64,000 bases of DNA, taken from NCBI GenBank assembly GCA_030295235.1, contig AP026162.1:806001-870000 (forward strand), read 5' to 3'. Position 1 is the first letter of the stretch. The number at the start of each line of letters is the position of its first letter. This document shows positions 48,031-59,013 of the stretch, one piece after another. Under the pieces are notes generated by a model, which was given only the letters and a program-made list of their open reading frames with translations, made no database searches and was not told the DNA's origin. The stretch comes from Fistulifera solaris (taxonomy: Eukaryota). The position numbers and the translations under genes are program-made.

Positions 48031-48366
48031 TAATCCCTATGAAGGTATCCATGTGTAACGTACCGGTACTCCTTAGTATCTTCTACATAGAGCGACTGCA
48101 TGTACTACAAAGTATTGACCAAAAGTGTTATACGGATTTCGCCACGACCCACGACCCACGACTGCTTTTCAGCCATGAGAAAATGTCATTAGACCACCAC
48201 ACATCCAGATTTTCTGGGAACGTGAATAACACTTCCAGATTTCTACGTCGAGAGATTTTACTGGCACATGATGATTGATGATACACTCAACATTTCGAAG
48301 CAAGAGATGGTTTAGCTGGTTTCAAAATCTTTGAACCGGATCAACTCATTACTGTATAATAGGGCA

Positions 48367-50685
48367 ATGACAGCGTGCGTACGCATTCTAAGCACGTCTT
48401 CGCCGGATTCATCGCCCGCCATTCTCTTGGTGGCACCCGATGGATCGAAAATTTTAGTCAATTGCGGTGAAGGTTGCCAGCGCACCTTTCTCGAGAACAC
48501 GCAGCGACTCTCCACTGTAACGACAATCTGCCTGACACACATTGCACATGATTCCGTCGGTGGATTGCCGGGGTTGATTTTGACGAGTGCGGATGCATCC
48601 GCCGTGGCCATCGCATCTCAGTTCGCAACCAATGGAGATCCTGGAAATTATGACATCAATGCAAAGCCGGAAACGAAACAAAATCAGCAGAAAGATACAG
48701 TGAACGACCAACAAGCCGGGCTCGATATCATTGGACCAGTCGGTACACAACAATTCATCCACTCTCTGAGACATTTCATGCGTCGCGAAAAATTTCCGCT
48801 TCGAGTCCACGAAGGCCTCGTCACGCACCAGGCCGAGACTTCCAACCGACAAAAGAGAAAAAAGAAAAACGTAAAAGTAGCGATCAAGAAGAAGACTCTT
48901 TCAAGTATACTGTGCAGTCAGTGGCTGTTGCAGACGACGAAGGCCGACAATCTCTTTCCTATGTGTTTACTAGTCCTCCGATACCCGGAAAGTTCCTTCC
49001 CGAAGAGGCACTCAAGCTTGGTGTGCCGAAGGGTCCTCTTTACGCACAGTTGAAAGCAGGAAAGTCGGTGACTTTTGTGGACGGTGTTTCAGGTGTAGAA
49101 ACGACGGTGGAAAGTCATCAAGTCGTTATGCCGCCTACACCCGGAATCGCTATCATGATATTGAGCTATCGTACTCTCTCTTGTGGCGACAAACTCATCG
49201 AAAATGATTTGCTCCGTAACATGGTAAAATCGAACGAGTTCTGCGTGGATCTAATAGTGCATATCGCTCCAAAGCCTCTATTCACTGAACTCATGGCGAG
49301 CGGAAAACTGTGGAAACGAAATGAAGACAGTGATTCGGAGATCGAGCATGTACTTGTTCCGGTGGAAGTTGATGGTTATTTAGCTCTCACTGAATCAGAG
49401 CCTACACCCTTTCGCTCGGCAGCCGTTGGCGCGTATTGTCGATCGCTTCTTTGTCCGCAAATCTACGGCTATCCGCTACCCATGAAATTGCCGAGTGAAT
49501 TGGATACTCGCGAAGATTTAAACAGTCCGCTCGGATACAGACTAGGTAGAACAATGATGGAGTATCAGTTTATCCCACGAGCTAGTAAAGGTTTTTCGGT
49601 CGGGTTGCAAGGCGATTCCGCCGCGGAAGCAGACCAAATCGACTTAGTCAGTGTTTCTGGGGCAAGCTTACTCGCGAAAGAGATTATTGGAACGGAGGAA
49701 CAACAGGATCAAACGCAAGGTTGTTTAATATTCACCGGTACGGGGTCTGCTATTCCATGTAAACATCGGAACGTCACTGGCATGTTTCTGAGGCAAAATA
49801 GTGGACGAGGAATTCTTTTGGATGTCGGAGAAGGAACTGTGGGACAGCTACTTCGCACGCAGCAACTTTCTTCCTCAGCCAAACTGTTTCAAAGTATCAA
49901 AGCTGTTTGGCTTTCACACCCACACGCAGATCACCATCTTGGAGTACTAAGGCTTTTGCATGAAAAGAAGAAACACCTTCCTACTGACGGTCCTGTCATC
50001 CTCATTGGGCCGACTCCCTTGTTTGATTTCTTAGACGAGTACAGCAAACAGGACTCTTCGATTGAAAATTCGTTTGTGAAGGTAGATTGCAGAGACCTAG
50101 TCCACGGACAATCGTCGACGCTTGCAAATGTTCTCGAAGATGAACTAGGAATATCCAGGATTCGGACGGTTCCAGTTGCGCATTGTGCACACTCCTACGC
50201 AGTGGTGTTGGATGGAACGAGTTTTGGTCGTGTCGTTTACAGCGGTGACTGTCGCCCTTCGCGTCAACTAGCTGCGGTTGCTCTTGGTGCTGACTTGCTC
50301 ATCCATGAAGCTACATTTGAAGACGGAATGGAAGCCGAAGCTGTCCTAAAGCGTCACTCCACGGTCGGTGAAGCATTGAACGTGGCGCGCGACATGCAGG
50401 CTAAATGTATCGTGCTGACGCACTTCTCGCAAAGGTATCCCCGCATACCCCCGACATCAAGTAATGAAAAAGAATCTATTGATGCGCCGTCGCTTAAAAG
50501 TCATTTTTGCCTTTGACTACATGCGTCTCACACCGGGAAATTTGGGATTGGCTGCCCGCATCACTCCCGCTGTTCGTCTTTTATATCCGGAAGATACAGA
50601 GAACGAAGTAACCAACAATGTGGGCGACGACGTCATACATGCACTATCTACACCCGGATTATTTGCTCATAATGAAGTCCTATAA
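48367..50685 (+). CDS. ELAC2: Long-form tRNase Z (ELAC2/Trz1); frameshifts at A-runs near 48865 and 50497
   Basis: NCGEGCQR, GGLPGLILT, GKF.P..A..LGVPKGP exosite, GTGSAIP.K.RNV, LLDVGEGT, SHPHADHHLG, YSGDCRP, HEATFED, HST and LTHFSQRYP motifs. Confidence 0.95.
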
Positions 50686-50715
50686 ATGATACAGCGTAAA
50701 CACCCGTGATTGCTG

Positions 50716-51574
50716 TTACAGCCTGGAGTGTCGTGGTAGATTGCTAAACGTTTTTTTTGTTTTCGTGGCTCGAGCCATCCATGCATTCTGCAAATCTTGG
50801 CTTTGTAACGCGAGAGCATTGTAACTCGAAATCTGCTCCAAGCCATCTGCTACACTATGATCTCTAGCATATATTAAACCTTTCTTCGTGCCTTGCACTG
50901 CGACTGGGGAGTGAGAGGCAATTTCGGCACACAAAGTTATTGCATGTTCGAGAAGCGCGGCGTGACCTGGAAACAACTCGACTGACCAAACCCATCTGCA
51001 ATGCCTCAGAGGCATCGAAATTTCTACCACTCAAGCACACATCCCGGACCCACGATTGATTGCCGACAATTTTAGGCAGACGCTGCAAAGTCCCGACGTC
51101 CGCTGCTAACCCGAGCCTCACCTCCCTTACACTAAAGATCGTGTCATCCGTGCACCATCTTACATCTGCCGCACAAATAAGATCCACACCCGCCCCGATG
51201 CAATTTCCGTGAATAGCTGCTACGACTGGAACCGGGCACTTTTCAAGTGCCGTGAAACAGGCTTGCATGTCGCGAATGAGAGGTGTAAATGCGATTCCTA
51301 TGTGAGCCGCATCTTCCCCTCCGTTGGATGGCATCAAGGACGTATCGGTCACATCAATACCAGCTGAAAACGAATCCCCATTTCCAACCAGGAGAATGCA
51401 CCGACACCCATCCCCCGTCGTTCCTAGTGACGAAAATACTTCTCCAATTTCTTTCCACATGCCCCGATTGACAGCATTCAACTTGTGGGGACGATTAAGA
51501 GCGACTTGAACGACATGCTCGCCGATCCATGTCACAGATAGGTTTCGGTATCTTTCCCGCTTGTTAAGTGGCAT
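50716..51574 (-). CDS. ECH1: Peroxisomal delta(3,5)-delta(2,4)-dienoyl-CoA isomerase; frameshift near 50965
   Basis: LNRPHKLNA, FSAGID, AAIHGNCIGAGVDL..AADVR, REV.LGLAADVGTLQRLPKIVG and SPVAVQGTK motifs; C-terminal SRL (PTS1). Confidence 0.93.
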
Positions 51575-51813
51575 TTTAACTTTTGTTGTAGAAGGCTTAT
51601 ATTTGTAGTTATATTTCATAATACTATGTAACAAGTAAAACAATTGCATTGATGCAATCTGTTTAGCTGTCCATCAGATCTATGAGTAGGTTAATGGTTT
51701 TTCGGCTAGGGTGCGAAAAACTAGATTTTAAAAATAATAGACTAGAAAGACAATATGATTTGAGCAAACACAAAGAAAAGGTTCATAATATTCAGTATTC
51801 GACTTATTGAGCA

Positions 51814-53298
51814 TTAAGACAAACGGGACTTTTTACGCGCGCACTCACGGTCCCGGGGAAGAGGGGATGACGAGACCGGTACCAGGTATTTCCGGCGCCA
51901 AATCGTTGCGAATTTGGTTGCATGAATATAGCTTGTCAATGATGTTTCCATCCGTGCATCTTTTCCCAGGCTATCAAGAACTGTAATGTTTCGGTTGCGC
52001 CAGAGCAACCGCTTCAACCAAGAATAGTCCGGATCCGCAGTCACTGGATAATCTTTCAAAACAAACGTCTCCAGTTGTTCGTGCTCCTCCATAGCCTTGA
52101 ATAATTTCTCCAACTGGGAACTCCAACTAAAAGTTCGGAGATCACAGCGACGACTCGGAACACGCTTGTAAGTAAAGCCACTCAAATCTAGATACGCCAG
52201 CTTTTTGTTGCCCTCAATCACAGCCACAAATGCTTCTGCAATAGCTTCTGCTTTTTCACGCACAAACGTCAGTCTACGATCGCAACTACGACAGCAGGTA
52301 ATTGTCAATCTTTCGAAGTGACCCAGTTTGGCCATACGATTCAAAAGAGAAATGAGCCGCTTGTCCCAATCGTTAATGTAGTCTTTGTCATTAGGAGGCT
52401 CCCAGTCGAACATTACTTCGATCTGAAGGTCACGTGTAACAATGTTGATATCATGAAAAACATCCTCGTCAACCACACAAACCAGAGCCTTTGTCTTTAC
52501 ACTGAACGGAAACACTCTTAGTGGTAGGCTTTAAAAATCATTTGGAAGTCTCAGCTTTTCAAAGCGTACGTCAAGAGTAAATAGCCGTTCCAAGTTTTCA
52601 CAACTGATAGGCGTCCAATCTTCGTCTGAGATTATGAAGTTCATAATGCTGAGCGAGCCAAAGAGCGATGAACGTCGCTTTGCAAGCGCCTCCACAAAAG
52701 CCGTTCCTTTGTCCTGAAATGAGAATTGTCGAACATTTCGTTCGTTTTCGTTCAGTTTCAAATCAATTGGATAAGGCCGCGTACAAAACAATAGAATGCT
52801 CAGGACTCCAATTTCCAGCGGAAAACGAAAATTGTCGACTCAGAGATGCATCCATAAAGCATGCCAGTTGCTCGGGGTTGAGAATCGCAGCAAAGTCGTC
52901 CTGGAATCGTCAAAAAAAGCGATTCGATTTCCACGCGTGTGTTACGTTCTCTCTTATAGTCCAATAAGCGCAGCCGTCGTTAGAACTCGTCCGTTATCTT
53001 TCCAAATGAAACCGAGGTCAATGTTTTTACAAATTTGGCCGCTTAGATGATTATTCCCACTGTAAACTGTGAAGTCAAGCAAGCTGTCGAGAGGGAAAGG
53101 GTCATCACACTTGCCTATTATGACAGCAATATCATTTTTGATGTCGCCACGACTATACGTTTCCCGCATAAATTCGAGAAGGCTTGTCGGTTCCCGCGTC
53201 AACTTGTAAATGGGAAGATGGTGACTGGCTGGGCAACACATTCTTTCCCGTCGCGTCAATAGCTCATCTGGGATGAACTTTAGAAGAGGCGTACTCAT
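51814..53298 (-). CDS. Degenerate LRR/RNI-like hypothetical protein of a lineage-expanded diatom family; at least 3 frame breaks (error-fragmented gene or pseudogene)
   Basis: Successive minus-strand frames (53298-52954, ~52950-52790, 52791-52531, 52515-51814) with LRR-like segments (N.KL.YLDLS, L.TF.L, WLKRLL.RNRNITV). Confidence 0.5.
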
Positions 53299-53815
53299 TT
53301 GATGCTGTCTCGCTTTCTAATTGATTAATCAATGAGTGTTTGTAGCAGCACAACAGAAGGTCTGTGATTATTACTTCAAGGCTTGATGATGTTCTCCGTC
53401 TCGCGAAACAATGGCGGGAGAGATTGATTTTTTGTTCGGCAAAAGATGCGCGACAAGAAGTGTATAAGAATAGAATGTACTAGATCGTGTCGTAGCACTA
53501 CATACTACGTAATCGGGGAAAAAAGTAATCTACACTTAAGGCCTATTGTTTTTCTATTACACTAACCATACCGTAGAAAATGAAAAATGAAACGGTTCGT
53601 TCCAAGTGGAACATTATTTGCAGCTACCTAGGGTCTATGGTACGGCAACATATCCATTCAAAATTCAAACAAACTCCACGATACTCACACAAAGTTGTCG
53701 GCATCGTCCGCCCAGGACGAGACCTATTCGACTAAACTTGTTCATAGCGTTGCGATTACGGAACGCGGAGCCTGCATCCTGAAACTGCGAGCAGAAAAAT
53801 CCCATCATTAGAATC

Positions 53816-54669
53816 ATGCGTTTATCCCAATGGCAAATGACACGGATATTTCACAAGAAGTGGGCCCTCTTTTGATTGTAGCTACCGTCTTCCTGCAGAT
53901 GAGTTGCATGTGTTATGGTCAAGATGATATCGAGGCAATCGAACACATTGATGACAGCGAAACGGCCGATTCACCCACAGATCTGGTGGAATCGACAAGC
54001 GAAGAAATCCACGTGGAAGATTATTTGGAGTCGCTTTCTTTATCGGAATTAGATGAAATTTGCCAGCACAGGGGTTTTACTGTCGAGGGTTCCACTAGAG
54101 AAGACTACGTTAACGCAGCAAGGCGGTGTTTGTCACTGGAAAATGAAATGAACGCAATCTTAGCCGCGAATCCGGAACTCGCTGCCGAACTGGAAAAAGA
54201 GATTGAACGCATGAAAGCCGAAAAGGAACGTCTCGAAGCCGAGCGTCAAGATTTGTTGGAGCAAATATCGGATTTGCAACAGCAACTGACTGAGGCAGGT
54301 ATGAATGACTCGGCTTTAGAAGCACTTCTGATACAACACAAGGATCCGGCGAATATGACGTTCGAGGAGGTGTTCAAAGAGTCGATTTCGCAGCTGTACG
54401 ATCGCGTCGCCCAAGACGTCCGATTTGTGAGCAAGTTAGTCTCGCCCGTTTTAACGCCTATCGTTCGTTCCATCTTGGGTGCCTTGAAGTTTGGTTGGCG
54501 ATACGCAAAGACAGTATTTTTGGAAGTTGTACCGGAGGACACACGGATGAGGCTCGAACAACATGTAGCGAGGTTTCCCCCGGTCAAAGAATGGGTCAGC
54601 GAAGGAGGAGCTATTCAGCAAATAGTAAGCCGAGCTAAGCATTTCTTGCAAGCTCACTTTACCCGTTAG
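53816..54669 (+). CDS. Secreted or membrane coiled-coil protein, function unknown
   Basis: Hydrophobic N-terminal segment (LLIVATVFLQMSCMCYG), acidic region, ELDEICQHRGF helix motif and a coiled coil. Start is 53816 (needs one indel) or 53830. Confidence 0.6.
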
Positions 54670-55002
54670 AGAGGAAACAGTAATCGACGAAAGGGTCGAG
54701 ATTGCGACACAATCGAGGCTTTCATCGCTGCGATATCCAATGCAGTTGAAAGGACAAGTTCTTCCTTTAAATCTACGACCTTTTCATAAGCAACTATAAA
54801 GATGCGAAACTTCAAAGTGGAGAGCCATGATTAAGCGAATAACTTTGTCATCAAAGGGATATTAGTCGTTGTTATCGTCCCCCATGTGAGACGAATAACT
54901 ACATATTGCTGAAAAGTTATCCGTACTTCTTTTTATGACGATAATTGTTCTACTATGGGTTGAGAGTTTCGTCTCAAAGTATCCATTTTCGCTACAAGAA
55001 CC

Positions 55003-55470
55003 TTAAAACGCAGGCTCCTTTTTCTTCGGATTCCATACACCCTTCACAACACCTTTGATGCCACCCGGACTTGAAAGAGCAATCTTGGACATCCCAAGCA
55101 TCGTCACAAGAGCAAGACCAACGTTAACAATACGAGCAGGTCCCAACAATGCTTTGGAGATTTTGGGGACGTAATCCGTAATTACGTAGTTGAGGCCGAC
55201 CCACGAATGTGCGGTAATATTTGCCGAAAGCAACAGGCCAAATGTCTTGTTGAATTTTCCATCCGTCATCGAATCAGGAACCATAAAATACAGGGGCGTA
55301 AGAAAAGCCAACGAAAAGGTCATTCCGTGATGAACGCGCGTAGCAAGAGAACCGGCGTCGCCCTCTAAGAAGCTGGGAGTGGTAGAGAACCTTTTTGGTG
55401 ATTGCGCAAGTCGTTGTTGCGCTCGGCTCCGAAGAAGCATGAGGGATCGTGATGATAGTGTGCGAAACAT
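55003..55470 (-). CDS. SDH4: Succinate dehydrogenase cytochrome b small subunit (CybS)
   Basis: Mitochondrial presequence; three hydrophobic helices; HSWVGLNYVITDYV heme/quinone motif. Confidence 0.88.
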   Translation of the reverse strand: MFRTLSSRSLMLLRSRAQQRLAQSPKRFSTTPSFLEGDAGSLATRVHHGMTFSLAFLTPLYFMVPDSMTDGKFNKTFGLLLSANITAHSWVGLNYVITDYVPKISKALLGPARIVNVGLALVTMLGMSKIALSSPGGIKGVVKGVWNPKKKEPAF

Positions 55471-55639
55471 GATTGGTAAGAGATTTATGGCAATGGGTAA
55501 GGAGAAGGAGATTGTTTGCCCTTTAATAAGCCAATTGTGCGATGACCATCAAACCCGAAGTTTTATTATTCGCGAAGATCGCTTTTGACCTTCTACTGTA
55601 TCGATAGCAAATGCGTCGAAGCCTCACCGGTTCTTCACC

Positions 55640-56290
55640 CCTAAACCAAAAGAACACTAACACAATCCTAAATATTTATTCCTAATTTCCTAAAGTCCGA
55701 ATGAATTTTCTCATTCGACTGAATTTTCCACTGTTTTTTCTCTTTTGTCACAAATATTCCGATTCCAATTTGGCATTTTGCCGAGTGATTCTAGGACTTG
55801 AGAGCCCTAGTGCTAGTGGAGGGCAAGCCCGGAACCCGTGTCCCAATGAGGGGGGAAATCGTCTTGGCATTCCTTCTCTTGGATTCCGAAGAAGCATACT
55901 AACCGACCGAACCAGAGAAAGACTCATGCGCGCTCTGATGAACCCACAAATCTCAGAATATGGCTTGTTCCACTTCTGCTGAAGTTTCCTAGCAAGTTGT
56001 CTCGATGCTGAAATGGCTTGCTGTCCCATCATACCGTCTATGGAGAAGACCAGGGGAGTGAAATCACGTCGGCGTTCATGGCAGGGGTCCATACAAGCTC
56101 CGCTTTTCACGCTCTTGAGAAGCCAGAACCTTAATCGGGTCGCGGTTTCTGTACGATGGTGCGTCGGTGTCTGTAACTCGGACGTCGAAAATGGTGGTTC
56201 GTCTTTCATTCCAAAAGCCGTAAGCAGAAACATCTCCTCGAAGTTCTTGAACTTGTCGCATGAGTAAAAAATGACGTCGCATCAGAAGAC
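55640..56290 (-). mobile_element. 3' fragment of a CRE-clade non-LTR retrotransposon: restriction-like endonuclease C-terminus plus putative 3' UTR, no RT
   Basis: RGDVSAYGFW..RTTIFDVRVTDTDAPSY...L...EREK..LY, then C.ERRRDFTPLVFSIDGMMG...L.RKL..KW.KPYS..CGF.RARMSL..VR. Correcting the G-run at ~55852 gives the end PHWDTGSGLALH* (stop at 55813). Frameshift near 56090. Left boundary approximate. Confidence 0.85.
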
Positions 56291-58667
56291 TTTCCGGGTC
56301 CCCCCTCTGTCGATAAATTTCCTTATTACGGGGGCCTACGTGAAACCTACCTACACATTGACGCGTTAAATCTTTCATCATTTTTCATTCGTCATGAGTT
56401 CGAATTGTTGTCGAGTGTCGCTAATGGACACTAATGGTGCATGTTAGAGATGGTTAAAAAATGATGTTGGTGCAAAATGGACAATGGACCCGAAAATGGT
56501 CGTGGTCAAATTTTACCATTTCCGGGTTCCCCCTCTGTCGATAAAATTCCTTACGGGGGCCTACGTGAAACCTACGTACACATTTGACGCGTTAAATCTT
56601 TCATCATTTTTCATTCGTCATGAGTTCGAATTGTTGTCAAGTGTCGCTAATGGACACTAATGGTCCATGTTAGAGATGGTTAAAAAATGATGCTGGTGCA
56701 AAATGGACCCGAAAATGGTCGTGGTCAAATTTTATCATTTCCGGGTTCCCCCTCTGTCGATAAATTTCCTTACGGGGGCCTACGTGAAACCTACGTACAC
56801 ATTGGACGCGTTAAATCTTTCATCATTTTTCATTCGTCATGAGTTCGAATTGATGTCGAGTGTCGCTAATGGACACTGATGGTGCATGTTAGAGATGGTT
56901 AAAATGATTTTGGTGCAAAATGGACCCGAAAATGGTCGTAGTCAAATTTTACCATTTCTGGGTTCCCCCTCTGTCGATAAAATTCCTTACGGGGGTCTAC
57001 GTGAAACCTACGTAACCTACGTACACATTTGACGCGTTAAATCTTTCATCATTTTTCATTCGTCATGAGTTCGAAATGATGTCGAGTGTCGCTAATGGAC
57101 ACTGATGGTGCATGTTAGAGATGATTAAAAAATGATTTTGGTGCAAATTGGACCCGAAAATGGTCGTGGTCAAATTTTACCATTTCCGGATTCCCCCCTC
57201 TGTCGATAAATTTCCTTACGGGGGCCTACGTGAAACCTACGTAACCTACGTAACCTACGTACACATTTGACGCGTTGAATCTTTCATCATCCTTCATTCG
57301 TCATGAGTTCGAATTGATGTCGAGTGTCGCTAATTGACACTAATGGTGCATGTTAGAGATGGTTATAATGATGTTGGTGCAAAATGGACCCGAACATGGT
57401 CGTGGTCAAATTTTACCATTTCCGGGTTCCCCCTCTGTCGATAAATTTCCTTACGGGGGCCTACGTGAAACCTACGTGCACATTGGACGCGTTAAATCTT
57501 TCATCATATTTCATTCGTCAAGAGTTCGAATTGTTGTCGAGTGTCGCTAATTGACACTAATGGTCCATGTTAGAGATGGTTAAAAAATGATTTTGGTGCA
57601 AAATGATGGACCCGAAAATGGTCGTGGTCAAATTTTACCATTTCCGGGTTCCCCCTCTGTCGATAAATTTCCTTACGGGGGCCTACGTGAAACCTACGTA
57701 CACATTGGACGCGTTAAATCTTTCATCATTTTTCATTCGTCATGAGTTCGAATTGATGTCGAGTGTCGCTAATGGACACTAATGGTGCATGTTAGAGATG
57801 ATTAAAAAATGATTTTGGTGCAAAATGGACCCGAAAATGGTCGTGGTCAAATTTTATCATTTCCGGGTTCCCCCTCTGTCGATAAATTTCCTTACGGGGG
57901 TCTACGTGGAACCTACGTAACCTACGTACACATTGGACGCGTTAAATCTTTCATCATCCTTCATTCGTCATGAGTTCGAAATGATGTCGAGTGTCGCTAA
58001 TTGACACTAATGGTGCATGTTAGAGATGGTTAAAATGATTTTGGTGCAAAATGGACCCGAAAATGGTCGTGGTCAAATTTTACCATTTCTGGGTTCCCCC
58101 TCTGTCGATAAATTTCCTTACGGGGGTCTACGTGAAACCTACGTAACCTACGTACACATTTGACGCGTTAAATCTTTCATCATTTTTCATTCGTCATGAG
58201 TTCGAATTGATGTCGAGTGTCGCTAATGGACACTGATGGTGCATGTTAGAGATGGTTAAAATGATTTTGGTGCAAAATGGACCCGAAAATGGTCGTGGTC
58301 AAATTTTACCATTTCCGGGTTCCCCCTCTGTCGATAAAATTCCTTACGGGGGCCTACGTGAAACCTACGTAACCTACGTACACATTTGACGCGTTAAATC
58401 TTTCATCATTTTTCATTCGTCATGAGTTCGAATTGATGTCGAGTGTCGCTAATGGACACTAATGGTGCATGTTAGAGATGGTTAAAATGATTTTGGTGCA
58501 AAATGGACCCGAAAATGGTCGTGGTCAAATTTTACCATTTCCGGGTTCCCCCTCTGTCGATAAATTTCCTTACGGGGGTCTACGTGAAACCTACGTAACC
58601 TACGTACACATTTGACGCGTTAAATCTTTCATCATCCTTCATTCGTCATGAGTTCGAATTGTCGTCG
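56291..58667. repeat. Tandem array of ~11 units of 217-236 bp with a nested short VNTR (AACCTACGT motif, 1-3 copies)
   Basis: GGTTCCCCCTCTGTCGATAAA units start near 56294, 56522, 56741, 56958, 57186, 57422, 57643, 57863, 58088, 58315 and 58541; units are nearly identical. Confidence 0.97.
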
Positions 58668-58785
58668 ATGATCCACGTTCATTATTGACACGAAATTTCG
58701 TTGTAAGCTGGGCAAGGGTTTATGCGACTCCTCAAGGCAAACGGACCCAAACAAGTAACCTTACGAGGTCGAAACTCCACTATTT

Positions 58786-58851
58786 ACTGGTACTGTACCG
58801 GTACCGCGGTACCTGGTGGTATGGTACTGTACATGGTACTGTACCGGTACC
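58786..58851. repeat. GTAC-rich low-complexity palindromic tract upstream of RPB3
   Basis: TACTGGTACTGTACCGGTACCGCGGTACC...GGTACTGTACATGGTACTGTACCGGTACC; a similar short tract lies at ~47318-47338. Confidence 0.7.
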
Positions 58852-59013
58852 TTCTCACGGAGTAGTTCGTACGACGTGCGGCAAAAGCTCGACTTTACAT
58901 ACCGCCGCCAACCGCCGTTGGTGCAACCATGAACACATTCCAATTATTTTATTCATTCATTTTATTGGATCATTAAGGCCTCAGATCATATTATTTAAGC
59001 TAATAACTACAAC

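Noticed and set aside
56291..58667. Spliced-leader RNA, 5S rRNA or hammerhead-ribozyme array
   Set aside because: No recognisable 5S sequence, no convincing splice-donor plus Sm-site arrangement, and no intact CTGANGA...GAAA core seen by eye. A covariance-model search would be needed to exclude these fully.
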